A DNA stretch of 20,292 nt, filler included, from Phyllosticta citribraziliensis (Eukaryota), in NCBI RefSeq assembly GCF_038025025.1. It is 3 parts of 3 records of this genome, joined end to end, with 100 filler letters (N's around TTAATTAATTAA, not from the genome) between each part and the next. Parts side by side here need not be neighbours in the genome. Positions count along the whole stretch, not along the records: positions 1 to 13,972 come from NW_027117357.1; positions 14,073 to 17,620 come from NW_027117358.1; positions 17,721 to 20,292 come from NW_027117359.1. The stretch is one strand, 5' to 3'. A program made the position numbers and the translations under genes. The notes beneath the pieces are model-generated. The model searched no databases, was not told where the DNA came from, and worked only from the letters and a program-made list of their open reading frames with translations. Of this stretch, positions 9,496 to 20,030 are shown piece after piece; the stretch's first letter is position 1; every line of letters begins with the position of its first letter.

Positions 9496-11628
9496 ATGGA
9501 CCAGCCCACGTCCATCGACGCCGTCGTCCAAACCGCTGGCGAAATCGCTCCCGTGTCCCCCGCAAACTCCCCGACCGATGCCATACCCATCGACCGCCCC
9601 AAGCTAAAGGGCCGTCACAGGATCCTACAAGGCTTGCAGCGCATGGGCTCGTCGCCCTCTCTGGCGAGAATGGGCAGAACACCTTCGTCAGGATACCGCG
9701 GTGGAAAGGCCTCCATGTCTTGCGTTTCTCTGTCCTCCGCGGGCTCATACGGTCATTCCTACGGCAGCTCGTGGTCCTCTGAGCTGTCCAACGGCTATTC
9801 GACCGCACCAACCTCTGCTTCGAGCACTCCTAGCCCCGATGTCCAAGCCTTTGACAACGTCCGCATACGCTTCGTCGATGCTCCAAACAGTCCTTCGTCA
9901 GTCCCTCTGCCCTCTGATCTCCGGCCAAACTCGAGGGCGGGCGCCTTGCCGGGAGTCGACGAGGATTATTTTTCCAGGCCAGCCAAGCAGATGAAAGCCC
10001 ACCAAAGGCGCCCCAACTTCAACTTTTGGGCCGACATGCCCCACGAGCTCCGTATAGAAATTCTCAGCCATCTCAAGCCCAAGGAAATCGTTTGCGCTTC
10101 TTCCGTCTCTAAAAAATGGCTCGAAATGTGCTTCGATGGGCAGCTTTGGGCCCGACTGGACACTTCTGAATTCTATCGCGACATTCCTGCCGACGCCCTC
10201 GTAAATATTATTACCACTGCTGGACCCTTTGTCCGAGACCTCAACCTCCGCGGATGCGTACAATTACGGGACCGGTGGACACAAAAAGGACTGTCGGAAG
10301 CTTGCCGCAACTTGGAGAACTTCTCGCTCGAGGGTTGCCGCATCGATCGGAGTTCCATCCATTGCTTTTTGCTACAAAACAACCGCCTTGTTCATATCAA
10401 TCTTTCCGGGCTCGCAGGCGCCACGAATGCCGCCATGAAAATCATCGCCTCGCACTGTTCCAAGCTCGAGCACCTCAACGTATCCTGGTGTAACAATATT
10501 GACACGCGCGGACTGCGCAAGGTTGTCGAAGGTTGTCCCAACCTGAAAGATCTTCGCGCTGGAGAGGTGCGAGGCTGGGACGACGTCGAGTTCATGAACG
10601 AACTGTTTACAAGAAATACGCTGGAGCGACTGATTCTCATGAATTGCGACAGCATCAATGACGACTCGCTGGCCGCTCTCGTCGAGGGTATCGACACCGA
10701 AGTGGATGTTTTGACTGGCCGCGCCATGGTGCCTCCCCGGAAGCTCAAGCATCTCGACCTCACACGATGCCGTGGCCTGACGGATGGCGGTATCAAGAAG
10801 CTGGCCTACAATATCCCATATCTCGAGGGCCTTCAGCTTTCCAAATGCGCCGTCCTGACTGACGCCTCGCTGCAAGCTCTTCTCCCGACACTTCCCAATC
10901 TGACGCATTTGGACCTTGAAGAGCTCGACGAGCTGACCAACGTCACACTGCAAACTCTCTCCACATCGCCTTGCAAAGCGCAACTGTCACATCTCAGCAT
11001 TTCCTACTGCGAGCTCCTCGGCGACGCTGGCATGCTCCCTGTCCTCAAATCCTGCACCAAGCTCGAGACACTCGACATGGACAACACGCGCATCTCGGAT
11101 CTTGTGCTCGCCGAAGCCGCCGCCATGATGCGCGCTAGGAACCGCGTTGCACGACCGCTGAGTGGGACTGAAAGGCCCTGCACCGGCCTCCGCATCGTCG
11201 CATACGACTGCGCCAACGTGACATGGACTGGAATTCGCGAAGTGTTGTCGCGAAACGCCGAAATCACGACTCCACCGCGGTCCACGACTACCGACTCCAC
11301 GACTGTGGCGGCCCCTGCCTATCCCCGCGAAATCATCCAACTCAAGTGCTTCTACAACTGGCAGCCGACGGTCGACGAACACACGAAGCGCGTGCTGCGC
11401 GGCGAATTCGCGTCGGCGGCGCGCCTGGAACGCAAGTGGGCCGACTGGATGATGATGAACGAGGAGGCAGGCGTCGGCGGAGCGGGAAACCGCCGACGCA
11501 GAAGGCGCGCACGCGAAGCCCAGGCACTACATGCTGACGAGGAAGAGGGCGGCGGCCTGCTCGTTGGCGTGGGCCAGGGGCGCAGGAGGAGAGCGCGTAG
11601 CGGCCCCGGTGGCTGCGTTGTCATGTGA
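9496..11628 (+). CDS. F-box and leucine-rich-repeat protein (FBXL2/20-like SCF adaptor), 710 aa, single exon, C-terminal CAAX
   Basis: F-box MPHELRIEILSHLKPKEIVCASSVSKKW...DGQLW, followed by Cys-containing LRRs (VRDLNLRGC, LENFSLEGC, LEHLNVSWC, LKHLDLTRC, LEGLQLSKC, LSHLSISYC). Ends RRRRARSGPGGCVVM*. Confidence 0.93.
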   Translation: MDQPTSIDAVVQTAGEIAPVSPANSPTDAIPIDRPKLKGRHRILQGLQRMGSSPSLARMGRTPSSGYRGGKASMSCVSLSSAGSYGHSYGSSWSSELSNGYSTAPTSASSTPSPDVQAFDNVRIRFVDAPNSPSSVPLPSDLRPNSRAGALPGVDEDYFSRPAKQMKAHQRRPNFNFWADMPHELRIEILSHLKPKEIVCASSVSKKWLEMCFDGQLWARLDTSEFYRDIPADALVNIITTAGPFVRDLNLRGCVQLRDRWTQKGLSEACRNLENFSLEGCRIDRSSIHCFLLQNNRLVHINLSGLAGATNAAMKIIASHCSKLEHLNVSWCNNIDTRGLRKVVEGCPNLKDLRAGEVRGWDDVEFMNELFTRNTLERLILMNCDSINDDSLAALVEGIDTEVDVLTGRAMVPPRKLKHLDLTRCRGLTDGGIKKLAYNIPYLEGLQLSKCAVLTDASLQALLPTLPNLTHLDLEELDELTNVTLQTLSTSPCKAQLSHLSISYCELLGDAGMLPVLKSCTKLETLDMDNTRISDLVLAEAAAMMRARNRVARPLSGTERPCTGLRIVAYDCANVTWTGIREVLSRNAEITTPPRSTTTDSTTVAAPAYPREIIQLKCFYNWQPTVDEHTKRVLRGEFASAARLERKWADWMMMNEEAGVGGAGNRRRRRRAREAQALHADEEEGGGLLVGVGQGRRRRARSGPGGCVVM

Positions 11629-13321
11629 ATTGACTCGTGTCCTGTGAATAACGAGCATTCGGACTGATTGGATTCGAAATGAACCCACTGGCATTTTGGG
11701 GCGGATTGGCATGGGCGTGCTCAGCATTGCTCGCGACGCACGAACGGCACAAGCGTTTGAACGTCTGTATGTACGACATCAAAGCAGGCAAGCATCACAG
11801 GCCCGGAGGATATTCCTGGCGGACAGACGGATGATGGACATGGAGATGGATACGTTTCGAACATATCGCGGCTTTTACGGCGCAAACGCTACACGGCAAT
11901 ATCTATCGGTATGCCGCACGATTGACAGCGGGCAGGTAGGAGTTGTTCCTTTCTCTGCATTGGACATGTTGTCTTCCCCCATTTACACTGGACGCGTGCG
12001 ACGCAGGCAGGCAGCCGGGGAGCATTCATTGGGTTTTCTTTTTCCTCCTCACTACTATCAACAACGGCGAAATGACAAGATGGTACGGATTGGGCTGGGT
12101 TTTGTTTCGTTCACTTTTGCCTCGGTCGGTCGGTCTGGTTTGGACGAACGGACGGACGGCTGTTTTCTCCCCTGTGCTTGGTCTCCTATTTTCTTGCGAC
12201 CTGTTGTTCCTCGATGGAATGACGGGCTGGGCTGGGACGCGGTGCAGGGCTGGCTGGGTGGCTGGGTGACTCTATTCATAGAAATTCCCATTCTTTCTGC
12301 ACACTCCCGCGCTTCGCTCGATGATTGATTTCGCGTTCACTCTGCTGGGTATGGTTCATTGTTCTATTCGAAGAGGGCAAGGTTTTCGTGGCACATGAGA
12401 GTAGTCTGCGCGAAACGAGTGCCCCTGGTTTGCTCTCTCCCTCCCCTCCCCTTCAGTCCTCTCCGCAGCCCCGGTCATACTCTACGAATATCCTCGGGCT
12501 AACAGAATAATCAGGTACAGAGCCTCTGCGGATAATCCAACCGCCGTAGTGACAAGTAGCTTATTCCCGCAGGTAGCGTATTATGCACCCGTCACGCCAC
12601 TCCCTCGCGGCCTACCTGTCACTATCTTAAATCTGTGCGGAGCCTACGTCCGTATGTACATACAAAACTATGAATGTCCGCGCATGTACGTCACGCTGTC
12701 AACGCGAGCCTAGAGCGACCTACTGCACGCGTGCTTCGTAGAGCTAGCGGCGCGCATACGCTACCTTCTTTGGCAGCACGCGACAGATGCGGCGCTTCGA
12801 GCGCCGGCGCGCTGGCGGGTGACGTCACTAGCCGTGCATGGTGGGAAAATGTCTGGAAGACTAACGCGGTTTGGGGCTAAGGGTGTGGGAGTAGGTAAAT
12901 AACCCGAGTGGTGCGCTAGAGAATCGCATGGCGTGCGGCGGAGAGGTTAAGATGCTTCTGCATGAACCGAACAGCTTGAGGGTGGTAGAGTTGGGGGGTT
13001 TTGGCCAGTTAGCGTGCCTGCAAAGGGCGGAAATATGGGAGAGGGAGGGAGAAAGTGAGGGTCGCTGATCTGGAGGCCTGAAGTGATTGCTCGCTGCTTC
13101 CGTCTGGCGGACACGATCGTAAGGTGTCCCGCATGGATGGGTCAGTTGCCAAAGATTTTGGGCTGCTAGGCTTTCCAGTCTAAAGAAGCGGGTCAGGACC
13201 AGCAACGTGATAGGGCTGGTTAGAGAAATTCTTTAAAGGCTGAAATTGACATTCTTATAGTAAAGGACTACTATAGGAAACCTTTATATTAAGTATAGGA
13301 GAGGAATAATCTAGGAGCAAG

Positions 13322-13972
13322 TAGTATAGTTAATAACTTAATAAGTTATATAAGTTATATAATTAAATTATATAATATAATATAATATAATTAATTAGGT
13401 ACCTTCTAGTTTAGGTAATTAATTAATTCTATACCTCTAATTAATTAAATTATATTACTAAGTTACTCTAATTAATTAAAGCTATAGTATTAAGTTTTTT
13501 ACTCTTAGACTAGGCTAAATTTACTTATTTATAGCCTTTATACTACCTCCTTATATATATACTAATTTATCTATATACCTAATTAATATATCCTATAAAT
13601 AAGATAATAAGTCTATTTCTTCTTATTATTCTAATCCTTACCTTACTCCTCTACTAATAGCTACTATAATATAGTATCTACTATATTTATAGTATCTATT
13701 AATACCTCTACTTACTTAATAGCTACTAGTAGTAGATAATAATAATAATTATATTTTAAATATATTCCCTAACCCTTTAATAAATACTACTAAGGAAGGA
13801 TATAATATAATACTAGATAAATAGAAGTACTTCTCTTAGATAATAGAATTTAGAGGCTATATTAAGATAGCTATAATATAACTATATACTAATTAAACTT
13901 AGGAATATAGGTTTAATATAAAGGATAAGACTAATATAAGAAAATAGATATATAAGATCTATTATAACTTAT
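13322..13972 (+). mobile_element. Probable hAT-family DNA transposon, 5' end, RIP-inactivated and truncated by the gap
   Basis: The frame at 13741-13971 gives *EYRFNIKDKTNIRK*IYKIY, which de-RIPs to W-E-H-G-F...W-V-C-K-I-C, the start of a BED-type zinc finger of fungal hAT transposases. TAGTATAG at 13322 can be a RIP-ed CAGTG terminus, followed by repeated TAATTAATT subterminal motifs. Confidence 0.5.
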
Positions 13973-14072
13973 NNNNNNNNNNNNNNNNNNNNNNNNNNNN
14001 NNNNNNNNNNNNNNNNTTAATTAATTAANNNNNNNNNNNNNNNNNNNNNNNNNNNNNNNNNNNNNNNNNNNN
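13973..14072. other. Artificial assembly spacer (N44-TTAATTAATTAA-N44)
   Basis: Exactly 100 bp, with a palindromic six-frame stop linker at 14017-14028; identical design to the second gap. Confidence 0.97.
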
Positions 14073-16570
14073 TAACATACTTATTATCTCTAAAAACCCT
14101 ATAGAGCACGAGGAATAAGTAAAAAAAGTACTAGTAAGACTATAAAAAGTAGGACTATAGGTAGATTTAAAGAAGAGCAAGTTTTTAGTTACTTATATAA
14201 AGTTTCTTAGATATATCATTTCTATAGAAGGCATTTAAATAGACCTAGATAAGGTAGAACCTATATAAAACTAGCTAATACTAAAAACCCTTAAAGCTCT
14301 TTAATCCTTCCTAGGTTTCTATAATTTCTACTAATAATTTCTCCCTAACTATAGACGAATTAGCTAACTATTAGAGAAACTATACTCTAAGGCAAAATAG
14401 TAATAACTAGGACCCCTAGAAGAAGAGGCAATTTAGTAACTTAAGAAGCTAATATATAGTAATATACTCCTAGCTAACTATAACCCTACTCTTAACACTT
14501 ATATAGAGACTAATATAAGTAATAGAGTTACTATAGGCATTTTAATACAGCTCTAATAACCTTTATATAATTAGAAACTAGTAGCCTTCTACTCTAAGAT
14601 AATAGTAGATGTAGAACTTTATTATAGAATTTTAAATAAAGAACTACTAGCTATTAAGAATAGACTAGAAGAATAGAGACTAATACTTATTAGCCTTAAA
14701 AAACCTTTTCTTATAATTATAGACTATTAGGCATTAGAGTACTACTCTACTAAATAACAACTTAATTAATAATAAGCTAGATAGTCTAAGTTTTTTATAG
14801 AATTCTATATATAATTCTCCTATTAACTAGGAAAGGAAAATATTATTACTAATTACCTTACTTAAAAATAAGAAGACCTAAAGACTTAAAAAGAAAAAGT
14901 AAGGGCTATATAAGAGATGTGCCTTATCCTACTAGAGACTATTATCCCTCTTTCTATTTTAGAATAAGAACTTCCTCTTCTAGTATTATTTTTAGATAAA
15001 CTCTTCTATATAAACTAGAAAGATTCTAAATTAGAACTCTAAAGATAGAAAGCCCTCTTAAAAGACCTTAAATAAAGAAATAGTTAGGAACTAAAAGATA
15101 GTCTTTTACTATAATATAGCACCCTCTTTATACTAGATTATAATAACCTCTGTATAAGAATACTTAATACTTTATATACTACCTATATAACTACCTATCC
15201 TAGTATTATAAAGATGTAAAAACTCCTTAAGCAATATTACTACTAGCTAGCTATAAATCATATAATTAATATTTATAGGTGAGGATGCTATATTTACTAC
15301 TAAATAAAAGAGTTTTATAATAAAGACCTAGGCCTTCTATAACCCCTAGAGATTCCTACTCAACCCTAGTAATACTTAGCTATAGATTTTAAAGAGATGC
15401 CTAAAGACTAAAAGGGCTATAATATAATTCTAGTTATTATAAACTAGTTAAGTTAAAGAACCTTTAGCTTGCCTTATATAAAGAAGATTAATACTAAAGG
15501 AGTCTCTAGACTCTTTTATAAATATATCTACTATATTTATAGAAACCCTAAGTCTATCCTATCTAACTAAGGCCCTTAGTTTATCTTAGCGTTTATAAAT
15601 AAACTATATAAGCTGACTAGTATAGAGTAGCATTTTAACTTATCCTACTACTCTTAAACTAATAGTATTATAGAGATTATTAATTAGCATCTTATATAAA
15701 GATTAAGACCTTTTATTAATTACTTTTAGAATAATTAGTCTAATCTTCTACTATTAATAGACCTTATATAAGTAACACTTCCCTATAAAGCTACTAGACT
15801 TTTACCTTTTAAGATTAAGTTAGGATATTCCCCTTAATTATACTATAACTAGTAATAAAGAACTAAAACCCCCTAGTAACTAGAGAAAATAGCTTATATA
15901 GTAGTATAAATACTATAAAAGAGAAGATAAGAAGCTTTTAAATTTATAAAGAATCTTATTCTTAAATCCTAAGAGTATATATACTAATAAGCCAATAAAT
16001 ACCATCGCGCGCTAGACTTTATAGTTAGAGATTATATCTATATTAAGAAAACAGGATGGTCTACTAATTAGCTAAACCTTAAATTAGACTTTCCTAATAC
16101 TAGACCTTTTAAGATTATAGAAATAGAAGGACCCTTCTATATCCTTAATCTTCCCTTATATATAAAGATAGTCAACCTTTTCTATACTAATAGGCTATAT
16201 AAGGCTAAAATAGAATAGCTTCCTAGTTAGGAATATACTAAATCTAAACCTAAGATTATTTAAGATGAGCCTAAGTAGGAAGTAGACTATATTTAAGCTA
16301 GTTAAGTCTTATATAGGAAGCTTTAATACTAAGTTAAATAGACTAGATATAACTAAGATAACTAGTAGTATAATATAAGTTCTTTTAGTAGTATACTATA
16401 GAAAATTAAAGAATTCTACTTATTACACCCTACTATAGTAGGACTACTAAAAAATCTAGAAAAATAGAAAACTACCTTCCTTTAAGAAGAACCCTAGATT
16501 AAAAGAGAAAGTAATAATAAAATAAGTTACTTAGGCCTATAGTAAATATTATAAAGATATAGAAAGTAGA
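14073..16570 (+). mobile_element. Ty3/Gypsy chromovirus LTR retrotransposon pol (RT end, RNase H, integrase, chromodomain), RIP-inactivated
   Basis: One frame from 14074: NILIIS...EHEE*VKKVL (after YxDD), SFLGFYNFY, ETNISN (ETDASD, 14506), VAFYSK, KELLAI, GLL*PLEIPTQP**YLAIDF (~15385), SN*GP*F (SDRGPQF), TNSIIEIIN (TDG..E..N), RPFKII (GPF), chromodomain *EVDYI...Y*VK*TRY...EFYLLHP (16261-16450). The order RT-RH-INT-CHD is Gypsy. Confidence 0.96.
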
Positions 16571-16599
16571 CTAATTAGTTTACTATCTATTCTTATATA

Positions 16600-17620
16600 A
16601 ATACTATTAATCTTAACTCCTACTCTCTAGTCTCTTTTTTTTATTACTTATTCCCTATTATCTCTTCCTTTACTTCCTTCCTTTTCCCTTCTTCTTATTA
16701 TAACTATTATTATATAAGACAGTCTCTTCTAGATCTTCTAGCTTATTAGGCAGGATGTCCTACTTAGCTAAAGCCTAATTAGTTTAATCCTCTACCCTAG
16801 CTTAATAGTATAAGTTCTAGAACTCCTCTATATAAATTTTATCTTTATACCTCTTATAATAAGCAGGCAGCTTGGCACCTTTTAAGTTACTAATAGTACA
16901 GTCTAAGTTACCTATACTTTAAAGGCAGTTGGCGCAGCAGCCCTATAAGAAACTAGGCAGGTAGTAATAACTAATAAACGCGCGAGTATTAGTATTATTA
17001 TAATACTTAGTATAGCTAATAGGGTTATTAATTCTAGTATACTAGATAAGAAAAGCATCGCGCGAGCTGGCTTAAGTTTTAACTAATAAGTAGTTAAATT
17101 ATTAAGTAGAAACTATAATATATAAGTAAGGTATACTATTACCTAAGGCCAAGATGTATTTAGCGCGCTCTTATACTTTAGAACTACTAAGGTGCGCCTA
17201 TATAGTTAGTTAGATAAGAATCCCTTATATTAGTAAGATAAACTTACTTATATAATACTCTCTATATTCTTATAAGGAATATAAAGTATTAACTTAAAGT
17301 CCTACTTAATAGGCACCTTATTAGAGCTAACTAGTAATGCTATAATATAAATCTTACTGTTACTACTATTATATAAAGTAGTAGGTAGTAAGTACTTAGC
17401 TACTAGAACCTAATAAGCTGTAGGATTATAATAATAGTATATATAAGTAGGCTCTTTACCTTCTTCCTCTAAAACAGGCTGCGCGACAGTGAACTAGTAG
17501 TAATGCAGTGTAATATGCTAGTTAGTAGTAGGCTGCGCAGCTATAGACGACGAACCTTATATGATAACTAATAATGCTAATTAAGTAGAACCTAATACTG
17601 TAGTATGCTATAGGTAAAGT
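16600..17620 (-). pseudogene. RIP-inactivated spliced gene encoding a Cys-rich DUF3716-like domain, antisense and immediately 3' of the Gypsy pol
   Basis: Exon frame ...AQPVLEEEGKEPT...NKVPIK*DFKLILYIPYKNIESII* to 17248, 50 bp phase-0 intron 17247-17198 (GTAAGT..ACTAAC..TAG), then AHLSSSKV*ERAKYILALG...DAFLI*YTR...SYTKY...RAFISYYYLPSFL*GCCANCL*SIGNLDCT and a basic tail KKKGKGRK*RKR. The 5' end is lost in the gap. Confidence 0.7.
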
Positions 17621-17720
17621 NNNNNNNNNNNNNNNNNNNNNNNNNNNNNNNNNNNNNNNNNNNNTTAATTAATTAANNNNNNNNNNNNNNNNNNNNNNNN
17701 NNNNNNNNNNNNNNNNNNNN
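17621..17720. other. Artificial assembly spacer (N44-TTAATTAATTAA-N44)
   Basis: Exactly 100 bp, linker at 17665-17676. Confidence 0.97.
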
Positions 17721-20030
17721 CGTCTTAAGAGCACTAAATTTAATATAAGAGTAGAGAAAGAATAGTTTATTAGCTATAACTATAAGTATATCTTCTAGGT
17801 ATATCTCCCTTAAATAAACTAGGTTATCTATACTTAGAATATATATTTTAGACCTCCTTAGTAGCTAGACTTAATAGCTACTATAAATAATATAGAAGAT
17901 AGAAAAGTTAAGAATAGTAATAATAAGATGCTTATTATATATCTTATATTAAAAATAGTTTAAGATGCTCTTAAAGGTAATACTAAAGTAATCTATAATA
18001 TAGCAGAATAAGTAATTAAAGTAGTAGAGAGGTCTAATATAGGTAGTATAGATATTAGTAGTAGAGGTAAGGAGGATGTATTTATAGATATTATACTATT
18101 AGTAGATAAAATAGATTAGATTAATATCTCTCTAGCTAATAAATATACTAGATCTAATAATTTAGTACTTACTAACCTAACTTTAACCCTACTACTACCC
18201 TTACTATCTCTATTACCTATATCTACTCTACTACTAATAGTACTATTATAATACCCTTAGTAGATTTGCACTAAGATATAATTCTTTAATAAGAAATATA
18301 GTTTAGATAATACTTAACCTCCTTAACTATCTACTTACTATATACGCACCTTTACTACTATAGAAAATACTACTTATTACTAATAAGATACTATCCCTAC
18401 TAATAAGGTTCTACCTTACTTATAGTATAAGGCCCTTATAGGGCTAAAATCTATCTATTAGAGACCCTCTATAGATAAGTAGATATAGGAGTTAACTAAT
18501 ACTAGTACCTTTAAAGAGACTAACTACCTATTAGATAGCTCTTAGGTACTGCTACTATAATAGGTCTAGGTCTATAAGCTTAATAAGCTAGGTAAGAAGG
18601 TTGTCTATAAGAGCTATATTATAGTTTTAGGTAATCTTTAATATAAGGGATTTAATATATCTAAAGTATTATTACTAGTTATTATATTTCCTACTTTTAT
18701 ACTATTTTTAGTAATCAACATCTATTATTACCTATTTTATAAGTAAGGGGATATTAAGACAGCCTTCCTTAATATACTACTAAAAGACCTAGTCTATACC
18801 TATATACCTCCTAGATACTAGGTCCTATAATAAGTTTAGCGTCTCTAAAGAGCCTTATATAGCTTATACTAGTTACTACTTACTTAGTTTTAGTGCCTCT
18901 ATAATTTCTTATACTACCTAGGTTTCTACTCTCTCCCTTTAGAACCCTATATTATAAGATACTAGGATAAGCTTATATTTATCCTTATCTATATTAATAA
19001 TCTCTATATTACTACTAAAACTAAGTCTAAAGTTAATAAAATTATCTTACTACTTAATACTAAGATCTACTTTAAAGATATAGGCTGACTATATTACTTC
19101 CTTAGTCTTTATATTAATTAATATATAAACGGCATAATTATACTATCCTAAGGTAGATATATTTAAAATATTCTTATATAGTTTAGTATAAGTAATGCTA
19201 TACGCGTCCTTATACTAATAGATTCCTATAAATTACGCGTGTATAATAGTAAGAATAACCTAGACTATTAATAGCTTTATAATAAGATTATTAGCTTACT
19301 TATATAGTATATAATAAGATGCTATCTAGCTATTCTTTTCCCTACTACTCATCTCTTATAATATACCTATAACCTATTAAATAAACACCTTACTGCTACT
19401 TACTAAGTCCTTTAATACTTATAGGGTATATATAATTATAGAATCATTCTATACCCTAGTAATAATGGCACTCTTAGCTTATAAATCTATATAGATACTA
19501 CTTTTACTAATAATCTAGATACTTATTAGTCCTTATTAGGCTATATTATTATAGCTTTAGGTAGTTTACTATATATAAAGAGTAGGAGATAGAAGCTTAT
19601 TAGTATATCTATAATAGAAGCTAAGTTTATTAACCTTACTCCTACTATTAAATAAGCCATCTAGATGACTTAAGTTCTTACTAAAATAGGTTATAAGGGC
19701 CCTAATACTTAACTAATCTAGCTCTATAATAATAATAAGAATACCATCTAATTTACTAATAGTATAGAGTTTAATACTACTATAAAACATATTAATCTAT
19801 ACTACTAGTATATTAAGTAGGTAGTTATAGATAGAACTATAACCATCTCTTATATCTCTACTAATAAGATGATTATAGATAGGCTTACTAAAGTATTAAT
19901 AATAGTTAAGTACCACTACTTTTATAACCTTATTAGGTATAGACTAATATAGTAAGTTTTCTATTTAGTTAATATAACTACTTATATATCTACTCTACTA
20001 TAACTATCTCTTTTCTCATCCTAGGGGGTA
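17721..20030 (+). mobile_element. Ty1/Copia LTR retrotransposon pol 3' half (post-integrase SH3-like region, RT, RNase H) with polypurine tract, RIP-inactivated
   Basis: One frame from 17721: KFNIRVEKE*FISY (K.D.R...FVGY), YKSYIIVLGNL (KARLVARG), DIKTAFLN (18750), RALYSL (KALYGL), YINN (YVDD, 18990), ISIIEAKF (STTEAEY), KHINLYY (KHID, 19785), IIDRLTK (ADGLTK). AGGGGG polypurine tract at 20023-20028. Confidence 0.96.

Noticed and set aside
11696..13205. ORFs 11696..12328, 12674..12880 and 12861..13205
   Set aside because: No domain-like content, and composition fits 3' UTR and intergenic DNA.
13767..13776. CCCTAACCCT, and similar CTAACC runs near 18171-18200, as extra telomeric seeds
   Set aside because: Fewer than two full units inside RIP-ed Pro-rich transposon frames, expected by chance.
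14017..14028. Palindrome TTAATTAATTAA as a biological motif (also 17665-17676)
   Set aside because: Centred in fixed-length N runs; it is a synthetic six-frame stop linker.
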